DNA of 64,000 nt, from positions 32,001 through 96,000 of the forward strand of contig JBGAGQ010000013.1 of NCBI GenBank assembly GCA_044226625.1, in the 5' to 3' direction. This document shows positions 9,160-18,833 of the stretch, one piece after another (positions within the stretch are counted from its first letter, which is position 1; each line of letters opens with the position of its first letter). The DNA comes from Thermoanaerobaculia bacterium. Its GTDB lineage: Bacteria > Acidobacteriota > Thermoanaerobaculia > Multivoradales > UBA5704. Position numbers and translations under genes: made by a program. The notes below the pieces were generated by a model that was given only the letters and a program-made list of their open reading frames with translations, had not been told where the DNA came from and made no database searches.

Positions 9160-10401
9160 ATGAATGCCAGCCGTTTTGGGATCACCCTTACCCTCGCCTG
9201 CCTCGCGCTCTCCGCGAGCGCCCAAGAGATCCGGGTCAATTCGACCGGCGACGTCAAACAGCGCACGCCGACGGCGGCCTTCTCGAACGACGGAGGATTC
9301 CTGGTCGCCTGGGTCAATGAGCGCGACGGCCTGGTCGCGCGGTCGTTCGGTCCGAACGCCCAGCCCCGCGCGCTCGATCGTATCCTCGTGCCGAACGTGA
9401 ACCTTCCCTCCGTGCCGGGGGAAGGAGACGTGAAGGCGCAGCGCGAACCGGCGATCGCGGCGCTGCCGAACGGCAACTTCCTGATCGCCTGGAGCGAAGA
9501 AACCGCGCATTTGAAAAGCGACATCTTCTATGAGAAGCGGACTGTGCTCGACAAGGAGATCTTCGCCCAGCGCTTCGACCGGAACGGCAATCCGCAAGGG
9601 GCGAAGTTCAAGGTCAACCAGAATCCGGCCGATCTCGCGGAGAGGCCGAAGATCCTGGTGGTCGGCCGCCAGATCGTGATCGGTTGGTCGATCAACGACG
9701 GCAAGCCCGAGGTGAAGGCGAACGAGGGGGTCTTCCTGCGCCGCTACGACCTCCAGGGCAACGCTCTCTCCGGGGATACCCGGGTCGGAGCGGCCGGAAC
9801 GTTCGGCTACAACCCGGGCCTCATCGCCGACGCGGCGGGCGGATTCGCGGTCTCGTGGGACGGCCCGGACGGCGACGGCCGTGGCGCGTTCGCGCGCTTC
9901 TACGACGGAGACGGTGCGCCGCGCGGCGCCGCGGTCCAGCTGAACTCCACGACGTTCGGCGCCCAGGGACGCGTTTCGCTCGCGCAGCTTGCGGACGGTA
10001 CCTTCCAGGCCCTCTGGCAGGGTCAGTTCGAATCTCCGGTGAAGAGCCGCGTCTATGGCCGGATCGTCTCGCGCACCGGGGCGCGCATCAGCGCCGAGCG
10101 TCAGGTGAGCGACGGAACCAATCCGTGGCATCTGTCCCCGATCGCGCTCACTCGGACCGGCAAGGGCACCTCGGCACTCTGGGTCGAGTGGACGCCCGCG
10201 TTTCCGATCGGCGTCTTCAGCGTCGACCTGGCGTCCGGCGCTCCGTCCGGATCCAAGGCCCAGCTCAGCGAGCGTCAGATCGGCGCCGCGTATGAGCTGT
10301 CCGCGGCCATCAACGCTCGCGGCGATCTGTTGACGGTCTGGGAAGGCTTCAACGGCGGTTCGAAGCCGGGCATCACGGCCAAGGTCTCTCGGGCGAACTA
10401 G
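9160..10401 (+). CDS. Secreted repeat protein, possibly a beta-propeller
   Basis: Signal peptide (ALSASA/QE); repeats of VNx(5-7)QxxPxxAxxxxGxFxVxW; AGGAG RBS. Confidence 0.7.
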   Translation: MNASRFGITLTLACLALSASAQEIRVNSTGDVKQRTPTAAFSNDGGFLVAWVNERDGLVARSFGPNAQPRALDRILVPNVNLPSVPGEGDVKAQREPAIAALPNGNFLIAWSEETAHLKSDIFYEKRTVLDKEIFAQRFDRNGNPQGAKFKVNQNPADLAERPKILVVGRQIVIGWSINDGKPEVKANEGVFLRRYDLQGNALSGDTRVGAAGTFGYNPGLIADAAGGFAVSWDGPDGDGRGAFARFYDGDGAPRGAAVQLNSTTFGAQGRVSLAQLADGTFQALWQGQFESPVKSRVYGRIVSRTGARISAERQVSDGTNPWHLSPIALTRTGKGTSALWVEWTPAFPIGVFSVDLASGAPSGSKAQLSERQIGAAYELSAAINARGDLLTVWEGFNGGSKPGITAKVSRAN

Positions 10402-10440
10402 CTCGGAGGGCCCGCAAAAACCAGGGGGCGGATCGACGCG

Positions 10441-11460
10441 ATGCCGGACGCCCCCTGTCGCGCCCTCCTGCTCGCGATCTGTACGGCGTCGGCCGTGGCT
10501 TGCCCGCCCTCTCCGAAAGCGGATCCCACCCCCTCAGGGCTCGCCGAGCCGTACGCCCAGACTGCTACGGATCGAGCCACGCCCGCCCCGCCGGGGGTTC
10601 GCGCGAGCCGCCTCCCGGTCGCCGCTACGCGAGAGTCAATCATCCTGGCGTTCAATGCCGAGCGGGAGCGTGCCGGCGTCTCTCCGCTGCGCTCCGATCC
10701 GTCGCTCGAGCGGGTGGCCCAGGCACGGGCCGAAGCGATCGCCGCCCGGGGCAGACTGCCGGGCGAAGCCGAGGCGCAGAGGACGTTCGGAACCGTGCAG
10801 CGCCGTCTGGTCAAGGAGGGGTACACCCCCCACGGATGGATGGAAAGCGTCGTCGTCTCCGACGGAGACGCTCAATCGGTGATGTCCTACTGGCGCGGAG
10901 ACCCGAGCTTTCCCGAGGCCCTCCGCGCCGACTACTCCGATCTCGGCCTGGGGATGGCCAAGCTCGGCGACACGCCGCTCTACCTGCTGCTCGCCGCCTG
11001 GCCCGAGCAGGAGGTCTATGCTCGAGAGGTTCGCGGCCTCGCCGATCTGTCGGTGGTACGAGCCCAGATGATCGCAGGCGTCAACCGGTTACGGTCCGAG
11101 GCGGGGGCCGCCCCCCTGACCGAGAATCCCAAGCTCGACGCGGCGGCCCAGGAGCACGCCGAGGACATGCTCGCCCGCGGCTACTACGACCACGAATCGC
11201 CGGAGGGTAAGAAAGTCGGGGATCGGCTGACCGCGGAGGGGTACGCGTGGCGCCTGGCCGCCGAGAACCTCGCCGCGGGACACGTCACGGTCGACTCCGT
11301 GCTCGACGCCTGGATGCAGAGCTCCGGCCACCGCGCGAACCTCCTGCGGCCCAACGTCACCGATTTCGGCTTCGGTCTGGCCGTGGGTCCCTTCGACAAT
11401 CGCTACCGGGTGCTTTGGGTCCAGACCTTCGCGTCGCCGATCTCCGAAGCCGAGCGTTGA
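10441..11460 (+). CDS. Exported protein with tandem CAP/SCP domains
   Basis: NAERERAGVSPL and NRLRSEAGAAPL; second domain has HAEDM, AENLAAG, WMQSSGHRANLL. Confidence 0.85.
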   Translation: MPDAPCRALLLAICTASAVACPPSPKADPTPSGLAEPYAQTATDRATPAPPGVRASRLPVAATRESIILAFNAERERAGVSPLRSDPSLERVAQARAEAIAARGRLPGEAEAQRTFGTVQRRLVKEGYTPHGWMESVVVSDGDAQSVMSYWRGDPSFPEALRADYSDLGLGMAKLGDTPLYLLLAAWPEQEVYAREVRGLADLSVVRAQMIAGVNRLRSEAGAAPLTENPKLDAAAQEHAEDMLARGYYDHESPEGKKVGDRLTAEGYAWRLAAENLAAGHVTVDSVLDAWMQSSGHRANLLRPNVTDFGFGLAVGPFDNRYRVLWVQTFASPISEAER

Positions 11461-11533
11461 AATGGAGTGGGACGGCCCGACCGTGCGACCCGAAGCTCCG
11501 ATCGAAATTCGGAGGCTGGGCTATCATCCGGCC

Positions 11534-11905
11534 GTGAGCGAACGGGATACCCACCAGCGCCGGGCGATCCGCAATGCGTTCCGCGCGGCCGGCCGACCGC
11601 TTTCGCCGGTCGAAGTGCTCGCCGCCGCGTCGGCGGAGGTGCCGAATTTAGGGACCGCCACGGTTTACCGTACGGTCAAGTCGCTGCTGGAGACAGGATG
11701 GCTCATCCCTGTGGCAGTCCCCGGGGAGCCACCACGCTACGAGCTCGCCGGCAAGGACCATCATCATCACTTCCACTGTCGGGCGTGCGGCAAGCTGTTC
11801 GAGCTCGAAGGCTGCCCGGAGGGGCTTCGCCAGCTCACCCCGGCTGGCTTTCAGCTCGACGCCCACGAGGTCTTGCTATACGGCCAATGCGCCGAATGCG
11901 CGTGA
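11534..11905 (+). CDS. Fur-family transcriptional regulator
   Basis: THQRRAI, LGTATVYRTV, HHHHFHCRACG, C-terminal CAEC; start taken as GTG 11534. Confidence 0.9.
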   Translation: MSERDTHQRRAIRNAFRAAGRPLSPVEVLAAASAEVPNLGTATVYRTVKSLLETGWLIPVAVPGEPPRYELAGKDHHHHFHCRACGKLFELEGCPEGLRQLTPAGFQLDAHEVLLYGQCAECA

Positions 11906-11967
11906 GGCCTCGGGCCGGCCGCCGGTTCCCGTAGGCTCGCAGACCATCCTCTCGAACTCCTGAGTCT

Positions 11968-12747
11968 ATGCGCCTCGAAAACCTGATCGCGGCGCTCTGT
12001 TTCGCGCCGATCGTCTTTTCTGCGGGTGCCCACGCCGTGGTTCCTTTTCGCCTGCGTCGGGTCGAGTCGGAGGCGAGGCGCCTCTGGGCGCTCGCTGCGG
12101 CGCCTCTCCTTGCGGTCGCCGCGCTCGCGTTCCTGATTCTGGCCGACCGTTCTGAAGACGCGCTGCTCGCGAGCCGTCTCGTGCCGTTTTCATCGAGCCG
12201 AGCGAGCCTTGCGCTCGGCGTCACCTCGGCAGGGCTCCTTCTCGCAGATCTTCTCCTCCTCGTCTCCTGGCGCCGGCTGGAGGATTTCGGCTGGACGCTG
12301 CTGGCGCTTTTTGGTGCAGCGGCGGCGGTCGCGCAGGGATTTCTCCTCGCCGCCCTCTCCGGGGGGGAGAGTGCCGCGCCCGCGGGAGCCCTGGTGTGCC
12401 GCGCCGCGGTGCTCGCGGCGCTCGCCTTTGCCTCGGCCGAGTCGATCACTCAAGGCTTACCCCGCCTAGCGTCGTTCGCGAGTTTCGCGGGGCTGGGACT
12501 GCCGCTTTTCGCCCTCGCCCTGCCGCGGGAAGTTCGCGAGACCTTCGTCGGCTCGGGAGGTCTCGCCTACCTGGGTGCCGCCGCGGCACTGTTGTTTGCC
12601 ACGCGCTTCGGGAGCGGGGTCCATCGCCGCCGGGCGGCCGCGCTCGCGGCTCTGTTGCTGGCCGGCCTCGCGTGGGCGAAGGCAGTCGACATTTCCGCCG
12701 CACTGATCGGACAATCGCCCCCGGCGGAGCGGCTGGAGGTCGACTAG
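11968..12747 (+). CDS. Hypothetical polytopic membrane protein
   Basis: Many Ala/Leu-rich hydrophobic segments; fills the gap after Fur. Confidence 0.6.
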   Translation: MRLENLIAALCFAPIVFSAGAHAVVPFRLRRVESEARRLWALAAAPLLAVAALAFLILADRSEDALLASRLVPFSSSRASLALGVTSAGLLLADLLLLVSWRRLEDFGWTLLALFGAAAAVAQGFLLAALSGGESAAPAGALVCRAAVLAALAFASAESITQGLPRLASFASFAGLGLPLFALALPREVRETFVGSGGLAYLGAAAALLFATRFGSGVHRRRAAALAALLLAGLAWAKAVDISAALIGQSPPAERLEVD

Positions 12748-12748
12748 C

Positions 12749-12881
12749 TCCTCCCCCGCAAGCGGGGGAGGAAGCCCAACCGGCCCCTTTGTGCACTTCG
12801 GTTCCACCCACCGCTCCCGACTCCTAATTCTCTCGGCGCAGGGTCCCTCCCCCCGCTTGCGGGGGGAGGCCAGGTGGGGGG
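12749..12881. repeat. Pair of REP-like palindromes in opposite orientation
   Basis: TCCTCCCCCGC-AA-GCGGGGGAGGA (12749-12772) and CCTCCCCCCGC-TT-GCGGGGGGAGG with G-rich tail (12846-12881). Confidence 0.75.
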
Positions 12882-13040
12882 CTCCCTTGAAGACCCAGTC
12901 TCGGGGCGCAAGGCGCCAAACGCCGGCGGAGGCAAAGCTCCGAGCCCGAGCGTCACGTTCCGGGCCGTGAAGCGACTTGCGGCGGCCGATCGCCTCTTCC
13001 GGAACCGCCAAGCGACTTCCCGGCGGCGGAATCACGTTTT

Positions 13041-13240
13041 GGAGCCAGGAAGTCACGTCCTGAGCTGGGAAGTCATTTCCTGGTCTGGGAAGTCACTTCC
13101 TGAGCTGGGAAGTCACTTCCTGGCCTGGGAAGTCACTTCCTGGTCTGGGAAGTCACTTCCTGAGCTGGGAAGTCACTTCCTGTGCTGGGAAGTCGCTTCC
13201 TGGCCCTGGAAGTCACTTCCTGGCCTGGGAAGTCACTGCA
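13041..13240. repeat. Tandem array of ten 20-bp units with palindromic core GGAAGTCACTTCC
   Basis: Consensus TGRNCTG-GGAAGTCACTTCC at exact 20-bp period; decayed units continue leftwards to about 12941. Confidence 0.95.
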
Positions 13241-13279
13241 GACCCCAGCGTTCCGTTCCGCGGCGGCCGATCCCGCCAG

Positions 13280-14179
13280 CTATACCGGATCGCTATGCAC
13301 GAACACTTTCGCGGGGGCGAGATCTCGTTCGATCGCCCGCAGCACGCGGACCGTCCGATCGTGGGCCTCTTCGAACGTCGCGGCGCGCGGAATCTCCAGA
13401 TGGAGGTCGATGAAGCGTAGGCCGCCGCTTCGGCGGCTCTTCAGGTCGTGCATCCCGATGACGTCGGGCGCGAACGAGGCGACGATCTCGCGAACCCGCG
13501 CAAGGTCTGCCTCCGGAAGACCTCGGTCGGAAAGGTCGGCCATCGCGCCCAGGGTGAGCTTGGCGGCGGTGCGAAAGACGATCGCCGCGACCCCCAGGGC
13601 GACGAGGGGATCGACCTGCGACCAGCCGGTCGCCGAGACGATGCCTAGCGCGACCAAGGCGGAGCCATTGGTCCAAAAGTCGGTCGCGTAGTGGAGGCTG
13701 TCAGCGGCGAGCGCCGGGCTGCCCGTCGCCTTCGCGGCGCGTCGAAGCCACAGAGCGACCGCGATGCTGACGACGAGCGATACGGCCAGGACCAGTGCGC
13801 CGACCCCCAGCTTCTCGGGCACGGTGCCCGAGATCAGGCGCCGGACGCTCGCGATGACCAGGCCTCCCGCGGCAACCGCTAGGAATAGACCCTGGCCGAG
13901 CGCGGCGAGATTCTCGAACCGTCCGTGGCCGTAGGCGTGGTCGTCGTCCGGAGGAAGCGCCGCGCGGCGGATCACGAAATAGTTGGCGGTCGAGATGAAG
14001 ACGTCGATCAGCGAATCGAGCGCCGCGGCGCCGAGCGCGAGGGAACCCGTCGAGAGGGCTGCGGCCCCCTTGAGCACGGTGAGAAAGGCCGCCGCGCCGA
14101 TTGCGACCAGCGGTGCGCCGCGCCCGGAGAGGTGATCCTCCGGCGCGTTCGGCGTCGGGCTCGCGCTTTTCTCAGCCAC
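13280..14179 (-). CDS. Cation diffusion facilitator transporter (FieF-like)
   Basis: ALDSLID, PPDDDHAYGHGRFE, ADSLHYATD, MHDLKSR, EEAHD, VHSDP. Confidence 0.95.
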   Translation of the reverse strand: MAEKSASPTPNAPEDHLSGRGAPLVAIGAAAFLTVLKGAAALSTGSLALGAAALDSLIDVFISTANYFVIRRAALPPDDDHAYGHGRFENLAALGQGLFLAVAAGGLVIASVRRLISGTVPEKLGVGALVLAVSLVVSIAVALWLRRAAKATGSPALAADSLHYATDFWTNGSALVALGIVSATGWSQVDPLVALGVAAIVFRTAAKLTLGAMADLSDRGLPEADLARVREIVASFAPDVIGMHDLKSRRSGGLRFIDLHLEIPRAATFEEAHDRTVRVLRAIERDLAPAKVFVHSDPV

Positions 14180-15083
14180 CGGCTTTCCCGAGCAGCACCT
14201 TCGCCTCGGCGATCGGCGCGGCGTCCTCGACCGGCTTATCCGCGGAAGGCTTCTGCGCCGCGAGCCGCTTCAGGATCGCGATCGCCTCGGGCTTCGCGGC
14301 GGAGCGATACTGGAGCAGGGCGTCCGCGAGATAGAGCTGGTTGTAAGGGTTCTGGGGCGCGATCGCGACCGCTTTCCGAAGGTGCTCGATCGCGAGGTCG
14401 CGGTCGACCCAGCCCGTAATGAACGGAACTTTCGGCGCGAGGGTGTGCAGCCGGCCGAGGAGGCGATGGCCGCCCGCCTCCTCGAAGCGCTCGTCGCCCG
14501 CCAGGACGATCTCACCGTAACGGCGAACCTTGTCGCCCACTCCCTGCCGTGCGGCGGCGAGCTTGCCGAACGCATCGCCCCAGAGGCCCCAATCGACGGC
14601 GCCCCAGAGGAAAACATACGGCGCCTCGGGCACTCCGGCGAGCGCCTTGGCGGCTGCCGCAGGGGTCATGGCGTCGAGCTTCGCCCGCCCACCCACGCGC
14701 TTGCCGAGCTCGTCGATCGCCGCCTCCACCACCTGTTTGCCGCGACCGAAGGCGGCCTGCTTCGCCTCCGAGGTCGTGGCCACGTACTCCCCCTTGAAAT
14801 GGAGGGCGCGCAGCATCTTCCACGAAGCCTCCAACTGACCGGGCTTCGCCTTGAGCGCCTTTTCGTAACCCGCGATCGCCTGGTCGATCGGACCGGCGGC
14901 GGCTCGGGCTCCCTTGGCCCCTTCTCCCCGGCGGGCGAACGCGGCATCCCCCTCGGCGATCGCCTCGGCCTGCGCCATGAGCGAGCTCGCCGAAGCAAAG
15001 AGGAGAACGGCGATCGTGAGGCTACGGATCCAACGGTGGCGAAGAAGGAAGGGCGATAGAGGGGGTATGCGAGCGGTTCCCAT
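14172..15083 (-). CDS. Exported TPR-like helical protein
   Basis: Signal peptide; AIAGYEKALKAKP and AIEHLRKAVAIAPQN TPR-like helices; 8-bp overlap with the CDF gene. Confidence 0.7.
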   Translation of the reverse strand: MGTARIPPLSPFLLRHRWIRSLTIAVLLFASASSLMAQAEAIAEGDAAFARRGEGAKGARAAAGPIDQAIAGYEKALKAKPGQLEASWKMLRALHFKGEYVATTSEAKQAAFGRGKQVVEAAIDELGKRVGGRAKLDAMTPAAAAKALAGVPEAPYVFLWGAVDWGLWGDAFGKLAAARQGVGDKVRRYGEIVLAGDERFEEAGGHRLLGRLHTLAPKVPFITGWVDRDLAIEHLRKAVAIAPQNPYNQLYLADALLQYRSAAKPEAIAILKRLAAQKPSADKPVEDAAPIAEAKVLLGKAGG

Positions 15084-15155
15084 GGCGAGATTCTGTCACG
15101 CGGGCGAAGGGCCTAGCGTCCGAAGGAGCGTGGCCGGAGTATCCTTTCATGCTCG

Positions 15156-16589
15156 ATGAATCGCCTCGCTCCCGGCCTTTCGGCCCTCGAAAAGGCGGCA
15201 CGTGCCGCGCACGAGTATCTGGACGGTCTCGAGAGAAGCTCCGTGGCGGCGACCGTCTCGCGCGAGGAGTTGCTCGCGCGGTTCGACGTCCCGCTCGGTC
15301 GTGAGGGGCTACCCGCCGAGAACGTGGTGGAAGAGTTGATCCACGCCGCGGCGGGAGGCCAGCTCGGTAACGTCGGCGGCCGGTTTTTTGCCTGGGTGAT
15401 CGGCGGTGTTCTCCCTTCGGCGCTCGCCGCGGACTGGCTCTCGAGCACCTGGGATCAAAACGCGGCGATCTACGCCACCTCCCCCGCGGCCTCGGTGGTC
15501 GAAGAGGTCGCGGGGAAATGGCTGCTCGACGTGCTGCGCCTGCCTCCATCCTCCTCGTTCGCCTTCACGACCGGCTGCCAGATGGCGCATTTCACCGCGC
15601 TTGCCGCCGCTCGGCAGCTGCTGCTGTCGCGCCTCGGTTGGGAGGTCGGCGAGCGGGGGCTCGCGGGGAGCCCGCCGATCCGCGTTCTCGCGAGCGCCGT
15701 GCGGCATGTCTCGGTCGACCGTGCGTTGCGCTTCCTCGGCATCGGAGCCCGGCAGATCGTCACCTTGCCCGTTGGACCGGACGGGGCGATGGCGGAGGAG
15801 GTGCTCGAAAGCGCGCTCGCCGAAAGCGACGCCCCGACGATCGTGGCGTTGAATGCGGCCGATTTGAACACCGCCGCTTTCGATCCGTTCGCCCTCTTGA
15901 TCCCGATCGCCCATCGGCGCGGCGCGTGGGTCCATGTGGACGGGGCGTTCGGCCTCTTTGCCCGGGCCTCCGCACGGTATGCCGCGCTGGTCGAAGCGAT
16001 GGAGCTCGCCGACAGCTGGGCCACCGACTGCCACAAGTGGCTGAACGTGCCGCAAGACTGTGGTTTCGCCGCCGTGCGCCATGCCGAAGCGCACCGCGCC
16101 GCCTTCACGATCCACGACTCCTATTTCGTCGCCGAAAATTCGGCTCGCGATTCGATCGACTGGGGTCCGGAGTGGTCGCGTCGCGCCCGAGGCTTTGCGG
16201 TCTATTCCGCGCTGCGCGAGCTGGGCCGAGACGGTCTGGCGGCGCTGATCGATCGCTGCTCCGACCGATGCCGCGATCTGGTTCGCGGCATCGGTGCGAT
16301 TCCCGGCGCGGAAGTCGTCTCGCCGGCGCGGCTCGATCAAGGGCTGGTGCGGTTTCTCGATCCGCGCCCGGGGGCGACGCCGGCCGACCACGACGCCTGG
16401 ACCGACCGGACGATCGAGGCGATCAATGCCTCGGGCGAGGCGTTCTTCGGCGGCGTCACCTGGAACGGCCGGCGCTCGATGCGCGTGAGCGTGGTCAATT
16501 GGCGGACCACGGAGGCGGAAGTCGAACGAGCCGTCGCGGCGGTCGCCCGCGTGGCGAGAGGTCTGCGAGGCGCTGAAGAGCGCGAATAG
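15156..16589 (+). CDS. PLP-dependent group II decarboxylase
   Basis: RFFAWVIGG, WVHVDGAFG, DSWATDCHKWLNVP, EWSRRARG. Confidence 0.9.
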   Translation: MNRLAPGLSALEKAARAAHEYLDGLERSSVAATVSREELLARFDVPLGREGLPAENVVEELIHAAAGGQLGNVGGRFFAWVIGGVLPSALAADWLSSTWDQNAAIYATSPAASVVEEVAGKWLLDVLRLPPSSSFAFTTGCQMAHFTALAAARQLLLSRLGWEVGERGLAGSPPIRVLASAVRHVSVDRALRFLGIGARQIVTLPVGPDGAMAEEVLESALAESDAPTIVALNAADLNTAAFDPFALLIPIAHRRGAWVHVDGAFGLFARASARYAALVEAMELADSWATDCHKWLNVPQDCGFAAVRHAEAHRAAFTIHDSYFVAENSARDSIDWGPEWSRRARGFAVYSALRELGRDGLAALIDRCSDRCRDLVRGIGAIPGAEVVSPARLDQGLVRFLDPRPGATPADHDAWTDRTIEAINASGEAFFGGVTWNGRRSMRVSVVNWRTTEAEVERAVAAVARVARGLRGAEERE

Positions 16590-16623
16590 CCGGCTTCGGC
16601 TCCGCTATCATCGCTCCCTGCCG

Positions 16624-17823
16624 ATGCTCTCCCTCCGCGACCCGGTCCACGGCTTCGTCCATGCCGATCCGCTCGAAGCGGCCTTGGTCAACAGCCGGCC
16701 GCTGCAACGTTTGCGCTGGATCCGCCAGCTCGGCCTGACCTCGTTCGTCTACCCGGGGGCCGAGCACAGTCGGTTTTCCCACGCGCTCGGGGCGATGCAT
16801 CTCGCCGGGCGGGTTTACGACGCGCTGGCCTCGCGCGGAACGGCGCCGCTTCCGGTCGGACCCGCGAGCCGAGAACGGCGCCTCGCGCGGGTGGCGGCGC
16901 TGCTTCATGACCAGGGGCACGCGCCGTTTTCCCACTCGGCCGAGGAGCTGTTCGAGGAGGGGATCGATCACGAGGAGATGACCCGCCGGCTACTCGATCT
17001 TCCCGACGTGCGCGAGATCTTCGAGCGGTTCGGCGACGGAATCGCTCCGGAGGAGGTGGCGCGGCTGCTCGGCGGCAAGCTCGACCGGCCGATCGATCGT
17101 CTGCTGTGCCAGATCGTTTCCGGCGAGCTCGACGTGGACAAGATGGATTACCTGCTGCGCGACAGCCTCTTCTGCGGCGTCCGCTACGGCAACTTCGACC
17201 TCGACCGGGTGCTCGAGACCATTCTGCCGCTCGCCGATCCCGAGACCGGCGACTGGGGGATCGGTGTCGACGAGGGGGGCATCCACGCAGTGGAGGCCCT
17301 CGTGATGGCGCGCTACTACATGTTCACGCAGGTCTATTTCAATGCGACCGGGAAAGCCATGGAGCTGCATCTGAACGCCTGGCTGCTCGAAACCGGAGCG
17401 CGCTGGCCGGCCGATCCGGAGCGCTTCCTGGCCGAGGACGACCTCACCACCACCGCCGCGATGCGCGCCTCGAAGAGCGTTCACGCCCGCGCCGTGGTCG
17501 ACCGCGAGCATTTTCCGGTGGCGTTCGAAACCAAAGAGCACCTCGCTCCCGAGGAGAAAGAGCGCTTTGAATCGATCCTGCCCGGCCTGTTTGCCGAGTT
17601 CGGCGACGGCAGCCTGCTGATCTCGAACTCGGCCAAAGATCCGCATCGGTTCGGCAAGAAGCGGGTTTGGGTCAAGAAATACGACGGCCGCCTCGTCGAA
17701 GTGAGCGAGGCGAGCCAGTTCATCAGCCACCTGGGACGGATCGATCGCTATCGTGTCTACACCCCTGCGCACCTCCGCCTCCTGGTGCGAGCGGCGATCG
17801 TCGAGCGATTCGGCCAGGGGTAA
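16624..17823 (+). CDS. HD-domain phosphohydrolase (dNTP triphosphohydrolase-like)
   Basis: RDPVHG, LQRLRWIRQLG, YPGAEHSRFSH, LLHDQGHAPFSH, DVDKMDYLLRD. Confidence 0.9.
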   Translation: MLSLRDPVHGFVHADPLEAALVNSRPLQRLRWIRQLGLTSFVYPGAEHSRFSHALGAMHLAGRVYDALASRGTAPLPVGPASRERRLARVAALLHDQGHAPFSHSAEELFEEGIDHEEMTRRLLDLPDVREIFERFGDGIAPEEVARLLGGKLDRPIDRLLCQIVSGELDVDKMDYLLRDSLFCGVRYGNFDLDRVLETILPLADPETGDWGIGVDEGGIHAVEALVMARYYMFTQVYFNATGKAMELHLNAWLLETGARWPADPERFLAEDDLTTTAAMRASKSVHARAVVDREHFPVAFETKEHLAPEEKERFESILPGLFAEFGDGSLLISNSAKDPHRFGKKRVWVKKYDGRLVEVSEASQFISHLGRIDRYRVYTPAHLRLLVRAAIVERFGQG

Positions 17824-17864
17824 GCGAGCCGACCGGGCCGGCTCCGGTTTGAAGCCTCGGGCGG

Positions 17865-18773
17865 TTACGAGAGCAGGTTTTCGAGCGCGCCTTCCAGATC
17901 CGGAAAGCGAAAGCGATAGCCGAGCGCGAGCAGGCGATCGGGAACGACGAAATGGCCGGAGAGGAGCATCTCTGCCATCTCGCCGAGCGCGAGCTGCAGG
18001 GCGAAAGCGGGAGCGGGCAGGAACGACGGGCGATGGAGCACGCGGCCGAGCGCCCGGGCGAAATCGGCCTGGGAGACGGGATTCGGGGCTGTCAAGTTGA
18101 ACGGACCCGAGGCGTCGTCTCGTTCGACCAGGAAGTGGATCGCTTCGATCTCGTCCTCGAGGTGGATCCAGGGGAAACCCTGACGTCCGGAGCCCAGGGG
18201 ACCATTCGCTCCGAACTTCGCCGGAAGGAGCATCTTGGCGAGGGCGCCTCCTTCGAGGCTGAGGACGAGCCCGGTTCGCAGGAGCGCGCGACGGATACCC
18301 AGCGCCTCGGCCTCCCGGGTCGACTCTTCCCATTCCACACAGATGCGCGCGAGGAACGTGTCGCCGGGGGGCGCGTCTTCGTCGATCCTCTCGTCGCCTC
18401 GCGGTCCGTAATAGCCGACCGCCGAGGACTGGAGGAGCGCTCGTGGGCGCTCGGGTGCCTCGCGGATGGCGGCGAGCACGGCCTCGCCCGAGACGATCCG
18501 GCTGTCGCGGATCTCACGCTTGCGCGCCGCCGTCCAGCGCTCGTCGGCCACACCGGCCCCCGCGAGGTGGATGATGGTCGTGTCGGCATGGATCAGCCTC
18601 GACCAACCGGCGCCCGTCTTGCCGTCCCAGCGCTCCGCGCGCACGCCGGGAGGAAGGTCCGTCGCCGAGCGGGGATCGCGGGAGAGGACGATCGCCTCGT
18701 GCCCGGCACCGGCGAGCCGTGCGGCGAGCGCGCGGCCGATAAGGCCGGTACCGCCCGTGATCAAGATTCGCAT
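17865..18773 (-). CDS. TIGR01777/YfcH-family NAD-dependent epimerase-like protein
   Basis: ITGGTGLIG, HLAG, RWTAARKREIRDSR, SSAVGYYG, WIHLED, GPFNLTAP. Confidence 0.92.
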   Translation of the reverse strand: MRILITGGTGLIGRALAARLAGAGHEAIVLSRDPRSATDLPPGVRAERWDGKTGAGWSRLIHADTTIIHLAGAGVADERWTAARKREIRDSRIVSGEAVLAAIREAPERPRALLQSSAVGYYGPRGDERIDEDAPPGDTFLARICVEWEESTREAEALGIRRALLRTGLVLSLEGGALAKMLLPAKFGANGPLGSGRQGFPWIHLEDEIEAIHFLVERDDASGPFNLTAPNPVSQADFARALGRVLHRPSFLPAPAFALQLALGEMAEMLLSGHFVVPDRLLALGYRFRFPDLEGALENLLS

Positions 18774-18833
18774 CGCGTTCTACCCTCCGTGTGGCGACCG
18801 ATGCCGTGCCGATCGCTCGGTCTGGCAAGCGAA

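Noticed and set aside
13041-13240. Array as a CRISPR
   Set aside because: Repeat is only 13 bp, linkers are 7 bp and recur, and no cas genes are in the window
12874-13413. 179-aa ORF reading through the array as 20-aa repeats
   Set aside because: Starts inside a REP-like element, overlaps the CDF gene antisense, and the underlying 20-bp period is not codon-based; not fully excluded
16624-17823. HD dNTPase-like gene as an antiphage system
   Set aside because: Housekeeping neighbourhood with no other defence genes; the family is widespread
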